Assembly: GCF_009914755.1 (NCBI RefSeq)
Contig: NC_060939.1
Source of the DNA: the human T2T-CHM13v2.0 reference genome, Homo sapiens
Strand: one strand, 5' to 3'
DNA length: 64,000 nt
The translations under genes and the position numbers were made by a program. Below the pieces are notes generated by a model. It searched no databases. It had not been told where the DNA came from and saw only the letters and a program-made list of their open reading frames with translations. This document shows positions 1 through 12,790 of this stretch, piece by piece (positions within the stretch are counted from its first letter, which is position 1; the number at the start of each line of letters is the position of its first letter).

Positions 1-464
1 TACACCTTGGGGGCAAGTGGGAGCCAAGTAAGGTTCTTGAGGCGCAGTCACACAATGACTTACTCTACCTCCCAGATCATTTTTACAAATCCACTTGAGT
101 CTGGAATGGCATTCTGTAACAAGTGTGTTTTCATCTCTCAACTACAGGTTGGATCACGCAGGTCAAGGCAGGTTCAGGTCAAGTCCAGCCCTTAGGGAAA
201 GGTCAGCATGGGGCCAAAGTCAGGAGAGAACCAGGCACCACATCAGGGGTGCAGAGAGAAGAGGGGAGAGAGAAACAGACAGAGAACCAAGCACCAGGAC
301 AAGGCCTGGCAGAATGTGCTTGGGAGTGGGCTGGTATTCTTCAAGAATGGAAGGATGCAGGCTTTTTGCAGTCTAGGAAATCTTATTCATAAAAATGTTA
401 TGCAGAATACCACCCCGCCTCTGATCTCACTCCAGGGAGTACAGTGTGAAAGCCATCAATATCA

Positions 465-617
465 ACAGTCACTCTCAAAGTGTGGTCCTGGACTCGATGC
501 GAATTCTCAGGCCTGACAGCCAAACTTCGGAATCAGAAACTCTGGGGTGGGGCCCAGCGGTCGGTGTTTTAACAGCCCTCGGTGATGCGCATGCACGCCA
601 AAGCTTAATAACTCACA
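465..617. mobile_element. MER5A-like hAT-Charlie DNA transposon remnant
   Basis: CTCTCAAAGTGTGGTCC...GAATCAGAAACTCTGGGGTGGGGCCCAGC...TGTTTTAACA. Confidence 0.75.
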
Positions 618-634
618 GGGTCTGGTCTCCAGAA

Positions 635-686
635 CACACATATACACACACAGCGACACACACAGACACACACACACACACACACA
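635..686. repeat. Interrupted (CA)n
   Basis: Read directly. Confidence 0.9.
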
Positions 687-1224
687 GGAACAAGGTTCCC
701 ACGCACCTGTGTGCAGGAGCACAGCCCCCCTCCCCTCCCCCACAGGATTGCCCCCAGAGAAACCCAGGGCTGCTGCATCTGTATGGCTCCCCTACTTTCC
801 CATCCCGTCCCCAGCCACCGCCATAGAAACATCACAAGTCAGAGCTGGAAGGGATCTCAAAGATCACCTAGTCCAGCCCCCTGATTTTAAATATAAGAAA
901 ACTGAGACCTTAGAGACAACAATGCCCGATCCCGACACACCCGATAAACTGTGGCAGTGATGGGACACAGGCCAGCCCCATCCTGCCCTGACGCAGGGGA
1001 CATTCTGTGAGGATGTGGCCAAAAACACCTGTGTCCATGAAACTCAAGGATCTCAAACTCCACTGAGTCCCAAGGGCCCCTTCTACCCCACCCTCCTTAC
1101 CACCAAAACAGCACGTCATGTGTCCTGTCGGCCCAAGGGTGCCTGCTTACTGTGGAGGAGGCTGGGGCTGGCAGGAAATGGAAAGGGGTCTGTAATACAG
1201 GGCTGCCCCCCTGGCTCTGGAGAC

Positions 1225-1365
1225 AAACCTCAGCTCTGCCACTTCCTAGCAGAACCACCTAGGGCAAGCTACTTAGCCACCCTGTGCCTCAGTTTTCTCC
1301 CCTGTAAAATGAGGATGATCGTGGGACCTGCCATGTCACTGTGCTGAGAATGGAAGCGGGTTAAA
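1225..1365 (+). mobile_element. MIR SINE
   Basis: Core CTGTGCCTCAGTTTTCTCCCCTGTAAAATGAGGATG. Confidence 0.75.
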
Positions 1366-4148
1366 ATAAAAGTCCCCTTAAAGGAGCCCCCAGAGCAGTC
1401 ATCACACAGCATTTGCTGTCACTGTGATGAGCTCAGTTTTCTCTAGAAGATTCCTCCAACGGGCTGCCCTGCTGAGGGCAAAGCCCGAGGCCCACAAAGG
1501 TGTGGAGAGCAATGAGAATGGTGTGCCCAGCATTCTGCATGGAGGCATGTGTGCCCTCAGCAAGCTGGGAGGGTTGCTGTGGGCCTGGGGGACATTCTGG
1601 TGCAGGAAATGAGCCTGTTCCAGTCCACAGGTCTTTACTGAACACCTACTAGGTGGGGGCTCTTGGGGACAGAGCTGAATAAGCCTCAATGCCAGCCTTC
1701 AGGAGCTCACCACACAGTGAGGAAACAGGAACATTAACAAGCTAATGCCATATAGGACACATCGTGGGGCTCCCGAGGGTGTCAGCTGGACTGAGACACT
1801 AGCTGTGCCGCCCTCTTCTGTTCAGTGACCTCCTGGGCAGGTAAGAACATAGAGGGCAGTAGAGGGCAGCAGGGTGGGGCCTCAAGGTCAGAGCATGCCT
1901 GCCCAGACAGCAGGCAACAGCAGTCCTGAGTGAGTGACAGAAGGAGGGCAGGGGGATGTCAGTCACCTGGATGGGAGACACAGCCTGCAGCTCAGGGATG
2001 GGGGTGATGGGCGCAGGGAAGAGCAACCAATCATTTCCAGGGAGACAGAACATGACCCCGGAAAATGAACCCTAGATGCAAATCAGGGAGTCATGAGGTC
2101 ACTCTCCTGCCACTTCTGCTTCCCCAGGGCCCAGGGAGCTGCTCTGGGCTGGAAAGGAGGAGGGAGGGTGTGCCCTGGTCAGTCTCACCTAGGAGCAGGG
2201 GGCATGGGGCAGGTCAGCCGCTGGTTGGGCAGAATGCCAGCTGGGTGCTGGGAGCAGGAAGCAGGGCTACCCTTCAATACCACGTGGAGCTACTCTCTTC
2301 ATCTGACCTGCACCTCGCCTCACCCAGGCTCACCTCCACCCAGCGCACTGGGGAGAAGGGCTGCCCTATATCCACAGCCCTCTGACTTTTCTGCCGAGAA
2401 CATGGCCCCGGGAATGGACGGAATCTGCCGTGCACTCTCAGCAAAGCTTGGCCCACCTCCCCTCTCCAGAGGTCGATTTCCAGGTGCAGGGAGAGGCCAG
2501 GAGAGTTGCTGCTCGGCTGCACACATCCTAGAACGACAATGGAGACCTAGGGACAATGGAGACCTCAGGGGTCCTGCTCTCCACGGCTTTCCCAGCTCTC
2601 CCAAGTGGCTGGCCCATCAGAGACTCTCCAATAAACCCACGTTGGATAAATGCACAAATAGAGAAACGAATGAACGGTCGCCTGGGAAGAGCACGTAGCC
2701 ACCTGCGCATGGACACACTGATGCGTGGCTTTCCTCCCTCCCTGTCTCACTTCCGCTCTCCCTCCCAGGCTTCCTGGGGTCACCTTCCAAATAAACTACC
2801 CACAGCCCAAATCTTCATCTCACACAGGCAGAGTGACAAGGAAAGAAATGAAACTCGCTTCTCTTGCCTTTCCGCGTGGGGCCTCTGTGAGCAACAGCAA
2901 GGCCAATGAATCAACTTCCCAGCCAGGGGGCACAGTCTTGACAACTCACTCTACTGTTATCACATTCAGTACACCTGGGAGCAGGTAAATCTAGAATTTT
3001 CAAAACTCCATTTAGGAAAATTGCACCCTCTCCACCTTAGGGAAGCCACATTTTCATATATATAAATTTTTCTTTAAACTTTACATTAGATCCGTTTTCT
3101 AAAATTCTGCCCCCGCTTCTCTTGAGATAACCCTTTGAGCTGTAGATCATTTGTCTAATACCTGCCTCCCTCCATTCACCTGTAGCTCCAAGAAGGAAGT
3201 ATCACGGTCTTTTATTTTCTCAAGGCTGTGCCCCAGGGCTCAGCATGGGTCTGGCCCACAGCTGGTGCTAGGCGCTAGGATGAAAGGGGGTAGACTCTCC
3301 TCCTCTTTGGGTCCCACAGAAGGAAGAGCCAGGCTGGCCCTGCTAGCGCATCTGCTCATTCTTCCCCAACAGTCCAGATGCTAGGATGGGCTTTGGCAAA
3401 CAGCAAGGCAGGCGGCCAGACACCTGGGCACCCCACAGCCTAGGTACAGATGCAGCTCAGCATTCACTGTGGGCTGCACACACCGCCAATGCCAGGCCCC
3501 CATTAGCTGTCTGTTATGCACTTGGAAGACAGTCCTTTGGAAAACAGAATATGAGGCCGCCCCTCCAACACCTGCCCTAGGGATGGGAGCCAGAAGTCCC
3601 CATAGGCCATAGGGCCCTCCCACGGAGGAGGAGGAGCTGCAGCTGCAGGCCCTAAAAATTAGGCCCTTCTTTCCACCCTCTTCCTTCAACACCAGGGACT
3701 TTGAGGAGCCCTGAGCTGAACTCCTCTTCCATTTCTTTCTTGCTCCTGAGTGCCTCAAAGACAAGGTTTCTGCCAAGAGAATAAAATTGCACCCCTCCTC
3801 CACGCCCTTGCCCCCTCCCCACTTCTTATGTTATTTCCCTCTCTGTGTCTTATCGCCACATTTGTTCAAATGACTGCCACTTAAGAGGTGGCAGGGAGTC
3901 AGAAACACAATCTGGAGCAAAGCTGATATTAAATAACTTCCTGAGCCTGGCCCGTCTGCCAACGCTCCCTCCTGGATCTCAGGTGGAGAAATGAAGAGGC
4001 TGCAAGGATGAGAGCCAGGGTCACCCCAAACCAGCCTCAGAGCTACTCCTCTGCTGAGAGGAGGCTGGAGTTTCTTCACCAGTAAAGCCCAAAGCTTAGC
4101 AGTGACCCCTACCCCTGCTTCTCACTTGATCCCATCCCCCATAGCATG

Positions 4149-4149
<1 letters not shown>

Positions 4150-4179
<30 letters not shown>

Positions 4180-4185
4180 ACACAC
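4150..4185. repeat. (CA)n microsatellite
   Basis: Read directly. Confidence 0.9.
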
Positions 4186-4889
4186 TGAGCAAAAGGTATT
4201 CAATCATGTCTGACACTCAAATTTAAGCTAAAAGAGGCTTTTTTGTCAACCAGACCAACCCCTACATTTCCCAGGTAAACAAACTGAGGTTCAGAGATCT
4301 GGAGTCTCTTGGCTAAGGCCAACCAGATAGACTGTATGAAAGCATGTCAAAAAGAGTGGTGCCCCAGGAAAACACCAGAAAGGCTCTGGTTTTTAGGTGC
4401 CAGGATTGTTTCATCACAATCAACTTAGTCAGTTGCCCATGTGGTTTCTCCAGTTGTGACTTCGTACTGTGGGCCCCAGCAAGAAACATCCCTAATAGCC
4501 ATCATCACATGAATGCCCTCAGAAAAAAAATATCTTTAGCACCTAGCAGTTGAAGGGGAGAAATTCTGCTAATGAAACCTCTGAAGCCAATATCCACTAA
4601 CCCTGACTCAGTCTGACCTGGCCTGGACAATCCCCACCACACCACCTGCAAGATCAGAATACACTTGCTGTTCTCCATGCCAGCCACTGGGTGTCACTGC
4701 TGCCCCCCCATGAATTGGAACCATAGAGCGTTCAGTAGGGGGTAAAATGACCCCAGCAGGCCAAGGGGATCTCATACATATCTCCTGGGTGTGACCTAAC
4801 TTCATATTTCTCCCAGAAAGAGATAGATGGCCAACCATGTTCCAGATGCTGCTCCAGATGCTGTTCTATCATGTTCCAGATGCTGTCCC

Positions 4890-5080
4890 CACATCATGTA
4901 TTTTAATCCTCACAACACCATCTCATAGCAACTCTCCCAATAACATCTTACTTTGCAGGGGAAGAAAATGAGGCAGAGAAAAATTAAATAACGTGCTCAC
5001 AGTTTAAAAAAGCAAGCAAGGAGGAGGGCAAGGATTGGAACCTGAGACAGATGCCAAATTCCATGACCTTTTTACTACAC
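4890..5080 (-). mobile_element. MIR SINE
   Basis: TTTAATCCTCACAAC...GAAAATGAGGCAGAGA...GGATTGGAACC. Confidence 0.65.
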
Positions 5081-5884
5081 AATTTAGCCTCCCTTGAGCT
5101 ATCAGTCTCAGTGCTATGGGCTCTGGCTGAATCAAGCTGGTTTGCCATGACCCCAGAGAAGATGGCACCTGGGAAAAAACCAAGTGGGGCTCAGACTTTC
5201 ATCAAAGGTACAAATCACATCAGGACAGGCTCAACAGCCCTTCCCTCCCTGCAGAAATCATGGTCTAGTGCCCTCTTGTGGCTTTATATGGAACTGGGAT
5301 GAATGTCCATGGGAGGCTCTCATGAGTGGATTGAAAGGATTTTAGGTCATCCTATCCCATTGGATTCCTAAATTCTTTCTACCAGGGATGGTCCTGAAGC
5401 CCCCTCTTCAGACAGACTTATTGGATTACAATAGCCAAGAGGGAATCAGCTAGTGAATGGGAAGCTATGTAAGGCAAGAATAGCAATAAAACCACTTGGG
5501 ACAACATCTGCAAGAAGCTAGATGCTACTAAATTACCCTAGATAGAGATTTCTGGCATCCAGATTTCTGGGGCTGCAGAGTGGGGAAGGCAGGTAGTTAA
5601 AGGCTTTGCCTGGGACACTCTGACACTTGGTATTCCAAAGGAGTCCCTTAGCAGGAGCCATAACAATCTCCCTGTCCCTGTGGAAGGCATGTACCTCAGC
5701 CACTGTGTCCCTTTTTCCACATACATGCCATCTTAGTCCTTCTCTTGCCTCCGTCAGCTTTGTCCACATGCTAGTTCCCTCATGCAACTTCCTCTAATCC
5801 CATTCTTCAAGGACCTGGAAATGTCACTGCCCATCACCTCTTACAGACTCCTGTGGACTGCTCACCAGCTTGGCTTCTGTGGAG

Positions 5885-6090
5885 CCATCACATGCCAGGC
5901 ACCTACCATAATCTCATTCAACCCTCACAACCTCTCTATTAGATGGGTATAGCTAACCAGATTTTTCAGATGAGGAAACTGAGGCTCAGAAAAGTTAAGT
6001 AATGTGCCTAAGCCTATACCAGGGCAGAGCCAGGATTTAAACTGAGTTTTTTGACCAAAGAAGCCTCTACTCTTCCCACTACACCATGCC
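5885..6090 (-). mobile_element. MIR SINE
   Basis: CAGATGAGGAAACTGAGGCTCAGAAAAGTTAAGTAA...GGCAGAGCCAGGATTTAAAC. Confidence 0.8.
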
Positions 6091-7594
6091 ACCTCTCAGA
6101 CAAAGGGACCATGAAAAGTTCAGGATGCAGGAATTGGTCTAACCAAATACCCTGGATTAGAAGATTAATCTGTTAGGGTGTGGAAAATGAGCTAGAGGCA
6201 GAGAGACTGGAAGCAAGAAGAACAGATGAGGGCTATAAAAAGTATCCATGCTTGTGGGGATGAGGTTCTGGGGTGTAGTAATAGGAAGACAGAGAAAATA
6301 GTTTTACACACACACACACACACGTGCTCATTGAAATCTTATAATAGTCCTGCCTTATGTTTATTATTTTCATATGAGAAAACTGAGGATCAACAAGGTC
6401 AAGTAGCCAGCCCAGGGTCTCAGGATGTAAGAGGCAGAGTCATGATCTAAAGCTTCATTTAGTCGTTGCCATAAATAATTAGGGTTGTATATGTAAATGA
6501 TCTCTGGCCCAGTAGAAGGGATAATGTCAGCTTCTTTCCTTCTCTTCAGTGGACCAGATTTGAAAAGCTATCAGAAATAAGGAAGTGGGGAAAGATGGAC
6601 CACAACAGAGAGAACACTGCCTGCAGCCCCAGGTCAGGAAGCTGGGAGCAGACCCTCAAGAAAGAGTCACAGGCCCCAGACCAGAGAGCTCCACACCCAC
6701 CCCAAAAGCAGCAGACCCTGTCTCTAAAGCTGATAACCTTGTTAGTAGGAGGACGCTCATTTGTGCATGGAACAAGACAGCACCTGCTCAAATACAAGAC
6801 TGCCTGGAACAGACAGACGAGCCAACGATACTCTCAGAAGCACTGTCAAAACCAGCCAGTCCAGGCAGGGCCCATGGCCCTGGTTTGCAAGGCACTTTCG
6901 TAGCCACCTCTGTGTATGGTTATCTCCTAAAGCAGACACGGGATCTGCAGAGGTTAAGAGAAGGCGCCAAGCTCTCATCTCTAGTCAATGCCAGGACCTG
7001 CTATTTTCTGAGCACTACTTGTCGTCCGGTAATTTCCAAGCTTGGGTTGGTGGGGGCAGGGAGAGGGGAGAGATTCCCCCACACTTCAGCCAGGGCATCA
7101 GACAGCCTGAGAGCCTGTATAAAGCTCGCTTCCTCCATGATACTAGCCCCACAGTGAAACTATCTGTCAACTTCTCTATTAAGCCTGTGGGTCTTCCTGG
7201 GCTACCTTCCATGCATTCACCCCATTACCCTCTGTGCAAATGTGCTGATCTCTCCTGCTGCTGCTGAGAGAAGGCTGGAAGGAGAGCACACCAGGTGGCT
7301 TTCCTCCATCCAATGCACTCGCCCAGCCACCTCCTTCCCAGGAAGCCAAAGGCTCATGAGTCAGAAAGTCCGGGTCCAGGAGTCTCACATCCCTGGACTG
7401 CAGAGATACAATGGAAGCAGGGTCATCTCGGCGGAGAGATGCCCCTCATAGAGGAGAGCTGACCTCTCTGCTCAGCCCTGGCTCAGGAAATGCTCTGAAA
7501 GCCAGGGCTGACAGTGCACTTCTCACCAGGCTAGCGCCACACGCCCGGCTCCCGCCCTAGGAAGCCATCAGCCCAGGACCGTCTCGTGCGCCAC

Positions 7595-7612
7595 ACTGCC
7601 CTCTGGTGGCCA
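7595..7612 (-). promoter_or_regulatory. CTCF core motif
   Basis: Minus strand TGGCCACCAGAGGGCAGT matches TGGCCACCAGRKGGCRS; sits in a small CpG-retaining patch (~7530-7790). Confidence 0.7.
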
Positions 7613-9124
7613 CCAGGAGTGTAGCCGCAGAGGGAAGCCAAAATCTTTTAAGGTCTGTTTACAGAGACCTCAGACACGATGTGCACAGAACACAGAAGAG
7701 AAGCACTTGTGCCTGTGCCAAGACTCCCCCAGATACACGCACGCAGCCCTGTTGCCCGCGGCAGGTAGCCGGGTTTAGGACTTCGAAGCTACTATTGCTC
7801 CCTTCGTGTTCTCCTCTTCTCTGCAGCACTCTAAGAGCTCCTTTCCCCGCCTGCCTGTAAAAGCCCGAACCCCTCAGTCCCAGAGCAGACACCAACAGGC
7901 GGATGGAGACCCACACCAGCTAGCGAGGCAGGGCCCTTCGTTCTGGGCTGCCTTGTGCCAGGAACTCACTGGGCGATTGGGCCAAATCAATTCACCTCTC
8001 TTGATTCCTAAGTTCTTTCTCTGTAAAACAGTGTTTGGCCCCAACATTTTCTGAGGCCCTTTCCAGATCTAGTAATTTATGGTTCAAAGTCTTGATCTTC
8101 TCTCTAACTCAGAAATCTTCCCAGTAGTCTAGAAAAGGAAATAACCAACGTGGTGCCCAATTATTTACAGAGCCTAGCGAATACATCATTGCATAGGTCT
8201 GAACATGACAGTGACCCTACGGGGGTGCCGGGCTGGAGAGTTCCATGACCTCAGCTCTCAGAAGTGCGAGGCCAGTGGCTGAGCGATCATGAAGCAAGCT
8301 CACACAGCCAAGAAGCAGCAAACGTGGAAAATGCACCAAACCCTGCCCCACAGTTTCGGCTGTTTCACAGAAGAAAGTTGTATCTGTCTCCCACACTAAG
8401 AGCTCATCCCTATGGAGAGAGAGATGGAGCTTCCATGAGCAATGAAGGTAGAGAGGCGGGGTAAGGTCGCGGGGGGATAAAGGCTGCTTATTGTGGAGAG
8501 GACCAGGGAAGGACGCAGAAAGAAGCTCTAAACATCAGCTTCCAGCTCCAGCTGCCCAGCGCTTTAGACACCCCCCTTTTGCTCTGCACCCAGAAATGCT
8601 CCTGGCACCCCAAAGCTCTACCTGGGAGAAGCCACTCAGCCCTCTGCTCTCCCATCCAGGCTCTCGCTGGCCATGAGCACCAGGGGCATAGTCCTGCTGA
8701 CCACGGCTCAGCCCAGAGAGGAGCTGGCTGGGACCCAGCCACCAGCTTTCTGAATCTCAGCCAGCCTCAGCTGGCACCTGTTCTGCTGTGGGCTGACCTG
8801 ACCTCAGAGGCCAGGACATCATGGGGTGGATGAGGAGGCCTGGGAAGAGGGTGTGGCTGAGACACAACTTCAGGAGAAACTCCCTGTTGGGAACAGGTCA
8901 GAAGGAGAGACCAAAAGCCTCCCCCACTACTAAGAGGCCTGCCTGGGACAGTGTTGGCCACACTGTTTGGCCAATACTACACCCATAATTATCCTATGTG
9001 CCTTCCCCTTATATCCCAGCCAGGGTAACTCCCACCCAAGTAACTGAAATGTTGTAAACTAAATGATTCTCCTAGACTTTTACATCAACTCTTTTATTTA
9101 TTTTTAACTTAATAGTAATATATT

Positions 9125-9180
9125 TGTGTGTGTGTGTGTGTGTGCATGTGTGCATATATATGTGTATGCTAGTATGCATA
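9125..9180. repeat. (TG)n with degenerate TA/CA tail
   Basis: Read directly. Confidence 0.85.
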
Positions 9181-9214
9181 AGAGTATTGCAAAAGAGCAT
9201 AGGCAGTATAGCTT

Positions 9215-9435
9215 AATATTTAAATGCCAGACTGCTTTCCCATTTACTGGCTGCATGAAATTAAGTGAGTTAAGTTCCTTCTCTGCACTCAGTTTCCCCA
9301 TCTGGAAAATGAGGCTAATAATAGTACTTATCTTATTGGGGTTGATGTGAGGCTGCAATGAGGTATTAGCCTTAGAGTGCTTGGCACAGTGTCTAGAACA
9401 TAGTAAGTGTTTCAGAAACGCTAACGATTGTTATC
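9215..9435 (+). mobile_element. MIR SINE
   Basis: CTCAGTTTCCCCATCTGGAAAATGAGGCTAATAATAGTAC...GCACAGTGTCTAGAACATAGTAAGTG. Confidence 0.8.
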
Positions 9436-10630
9436 ATGTACTCAGTAGATGCTAGCTGTCACTAGTTATGTATAGACAGATTTCTCTTAGCCAGACATGA
9501 CCCAGGGCACTGAACTTCAACAGGGTGCTTACATAATGTAGTTGTTATTATTATCCATTTCTTATAGATAAGGAAATTGAGACCCAGAGGAGGAAAGGGA
9601 TTTGTTCAAAGCTAGGGAGAGGCCATGCCTGGAGGAGCTGCTGGGAAAACTGGGCTTAGGAAAAGAGCAGCTGCCAGAGTCCTCCATGCTTGATGATGCG
9701 TGTCTGGGGAAGGAATCCTGAATCTCCCACCACCCAGACTCTGGGACACTTATGATGGGACAAGCCAGGCAGGAGGACTGGGGGCAGAGGTGAGGCCAGG
9801 GGAAAAGGACAGGCTCCCAAGTCTGCTGAGCCCCAGGTTCCCCAGCCCTGTATGTGAACAGAGCTCAGCAGAAGGCCTCATCGAGTTGATTTCTAATTGG
9901 TGTGGGCTGCAAGCTGCAAAGAGCTCTGGGGCTGCCAGTCTCACATAGTTGCTGCCTCTGGGGACCCTGAATTTGGAAACATTGCCTCAGAGGGAGACAC
10001 AGTCATGGGGGAGGCTCTGGCTTTGACAAAGTGCCCAGAACAAGAGCCAGCACTGAGTAGAAGGCGGCCCCAGCACCTGGGAGTGTGCCCGGGAAGAGAA
10101 GTCTTCGAGCGACCCAGGGACCCCGGCTGAGTCCCTGCCCACTCTGGGCCCTTGGACCCTCATGGGTGACATGAGGGAGAAGATGACTGCAGTGGTCCTT
10201 TCCAGCTTTGAATTCTGGTAAGCCCTGCACTTAGAGGCGGCGGAAATGGGAAGAGCCTCCTTGGGGGTTCTCAGGACTCCACTGGGCCCTGAGCTTTGGT
10301 GTTAGCCTCACTGGAGTCTTCACTCCTTATGACCCAACCCATCAACGAGCAGCTTCCAACACACCGGGCCACCAGGAGGATTTGTGTTCCTCAAAGTTGA
10401 GGTCAACGAGGTTCATAGAATGACAAATGACATGAGCTGATCACTCAGTTCATCACCAGCATCTGAGTGACTGAGTCCAGCCTCTATCTGGGCCACTCTT
10501 TGACCAGTTGCTGAACACTCAGCCGCCCTTTGCAAGTCCCTCAAAGATGGGTCATTCCCGCAATGCTGCCCTTTGGGTGGAAAAAAACTTCCTAGATGAA
10601 AATGCTCTGCACCTTCCTTCCCAACAAGCC

Positions 10631-10773
10631 AAACCCCAGGGCCTCAGGAGACCAAGGTCCCCAGGTTTGATCCTGGAAGTATCTTTCTCTGGGGCCGTAA
10701 GTATTCCCGCTTCCAAATCTCATGTCAATAGCCCCTCACATTTCTGTCTTCCTCTCTCAGGCGTAGTCCTAAT
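10631..10773 (+). repeat. Local direct duplication, copy 1 (143 bp; partner 12648-12790)
   Basis: Ungapped hand alignment, 12 mismatches in 143 bp. Confidence 0.92.
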
Positions 10774-12647
10774 GTCTGGCTGAAAGGGCCACGCCCAAGA
10801 AAGAACAGAGCCAAGGGGACCCACAAGCTGGTAAGAGAAGCCCCAGAAGAACCACAGACTCCTGAGAGCCTCTGGACTTTTCCATTTGTGAGCTATGACA
10901 ACATGAGCACCTGGGACACTAGATTTGTTCTTTATTTTGTTTTCTTGATCTGTAAAATGGGACTGTTAAGCTCTGCTTTTATATGCCAAGCAACTGTCAC
11001 AAAAATAAACTCAACAATTGTAAACTAAAAATAATGATATGACTGATGGGGGCATTCGTGGAGATGAAGAATTTGCTACACAAGGATAAGAAGGTAGGAT
11101 CCCAGTAGGCACTAGACCATCGTTTCATAAGAGCTGGCCTGGCCCCTGCGAGGGGGCTTTTGGGCCTTGGGAACTCTGATCCGGAACTGAGATCCTCCAC
11201 CCCACCCAGCTTATTCCCTCCTCACATTAACCATACCCCCCTATTAATCAACCGTTCCTTGGCCCAGCACCAAGAGAGAGCCAGGGGCTTCAGGACCACC
11301 TCTTCTGTCACCACCCTGTCTCCTTCTCAAGTGCCAACCCTCCCAATCACAAGAGCAGTGGGTACCAAGCTGTATTGATCATGCATGATTTAGCAATCAA
11401 AAAGTTTATTTTATAAACCCCAAACACTCATATTTATTACTTTATATGTTTATATATCTATTATCTATACATTAAATATGAAATATCCTCTTTTCTAGGC
11501 AAAAATAATTTGCAATAGAAGTTCCAGTGTTTTCTTCTCACACCCAGTGGAGAGCTGTGCTCCAGCAATGGGCTGAAAGCTTTGCAAAAGAACATCTTTT
11601 CCTGGCCCTGAGCCCAGGGTGCAGATGGGGAGTCACGAAGCTGGGTGTCCAGGCCCTAATGAGAGGCTGCAGGCCCCAGCACATTCTTGTTAAATATGCC
11701 ATTTGGTCTGGGCAGTTGACTCTAAATAGTGTCATGTGTCACAAATGGTGTCAAATTCTGGGTGGCCTGAGTTTGCTAGAGGTGGGAAGGGAAGGAAGAG
11801 GAGAATAACCACTGTCCCAAGGTCAGTGAGGGAGTGCACCTCCTCCTGGCACCATCACAAGGATCACTGCCATCCCCAGGAGATGCCCTTAAAAGTGGCG
11901 TGGCCGAGCCTCCTGGGGGAAGTTCTCTGGGCCCTGAGATGACATATGTCCAAGTTGGAAGAAACACTCTGCCCTGCGGCCTCAATTCATAGTTGAATTT
12001 ACAGGCTCTGAAAGTCTAGAGTGCCCTGATGGAGCTCACAGGGAGTTAGGGGCAGAGCCAAGGTGGGATTCACATGATCCATCCCTTTCTCTGCCACCAG
12101 CCAACTGGAGGCCCCGAGGGGAGGCTGGAGACCATGCCTATGACTTCTGTGCAAGCCACCCATGGGAGCACATGGGATGGGGACCCAGGCCACAGTGGAA
12201 ATGCCGTGATATTGGCAAGGGCCATACCAAAGGCGGGCCTCAGGCTACCCACACCCACCCAAGAGCCAGCTGAGTTGGGGCCCTGGTCCTTCTACAGAGT
12301 TGGACAGAAGCAGCAGCTGGCAGGGACTGGCAAGGCAAGGACAGGCCCTCCCTTTCTCACAGCAGCACCTCCTGTTCAGCCAGGCAGGAGGGTAGTAGGA
12401 GCCTTCTAGGACCCTAAGGAACCTTCCAGGTTGCAGGCTTAGCCTTCCTGGGGCCAGTAGATGAGGACTTTCAAAGCAGTGGCCAGGTTGGGCTGGTTTT
12501 TGCCCAAAGCTGTCATGGCCTCAGGTCCCATGGAGGTGCAGAGCAGATGCCCTTGGCCCCAGGGTGTATGACAGAAGCTTGACCTGCTGGGCTTCCTGGG
12601 GCAGGGGGTCTTGGCTCTGGAGCCACCAATAGCCTTTCCTTGGTGGA

Positions 12648-12790
12648 AAACCCCAGGGCCTCAGGAGACCAAGGTCTCCAGGTTTGATCCTGGAAGTACC
12701 TTTCTCTGGGGCTGTAACTACTCCTGCTTCCAAATCTCATGTCAACAGCCCCTCACATTTCTGCCCACCTCTCTCAGACCTAGTCCTAAT
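12648..12790 (+). repeat. Local direct duplication, copy 2 (partner 10631-10773)
   Basis: Same alignment; offset 2017 bp. Confidence 0.92.

Noticed and set aside
2922-2935. Weaker CTCF-like words (CAGCCAGGGGGCAC here; GCCTCCAAGGGGCAG at ~24667)
   Set aside because: Mismatches in the core; such matches are expected by chance in 64 kb.
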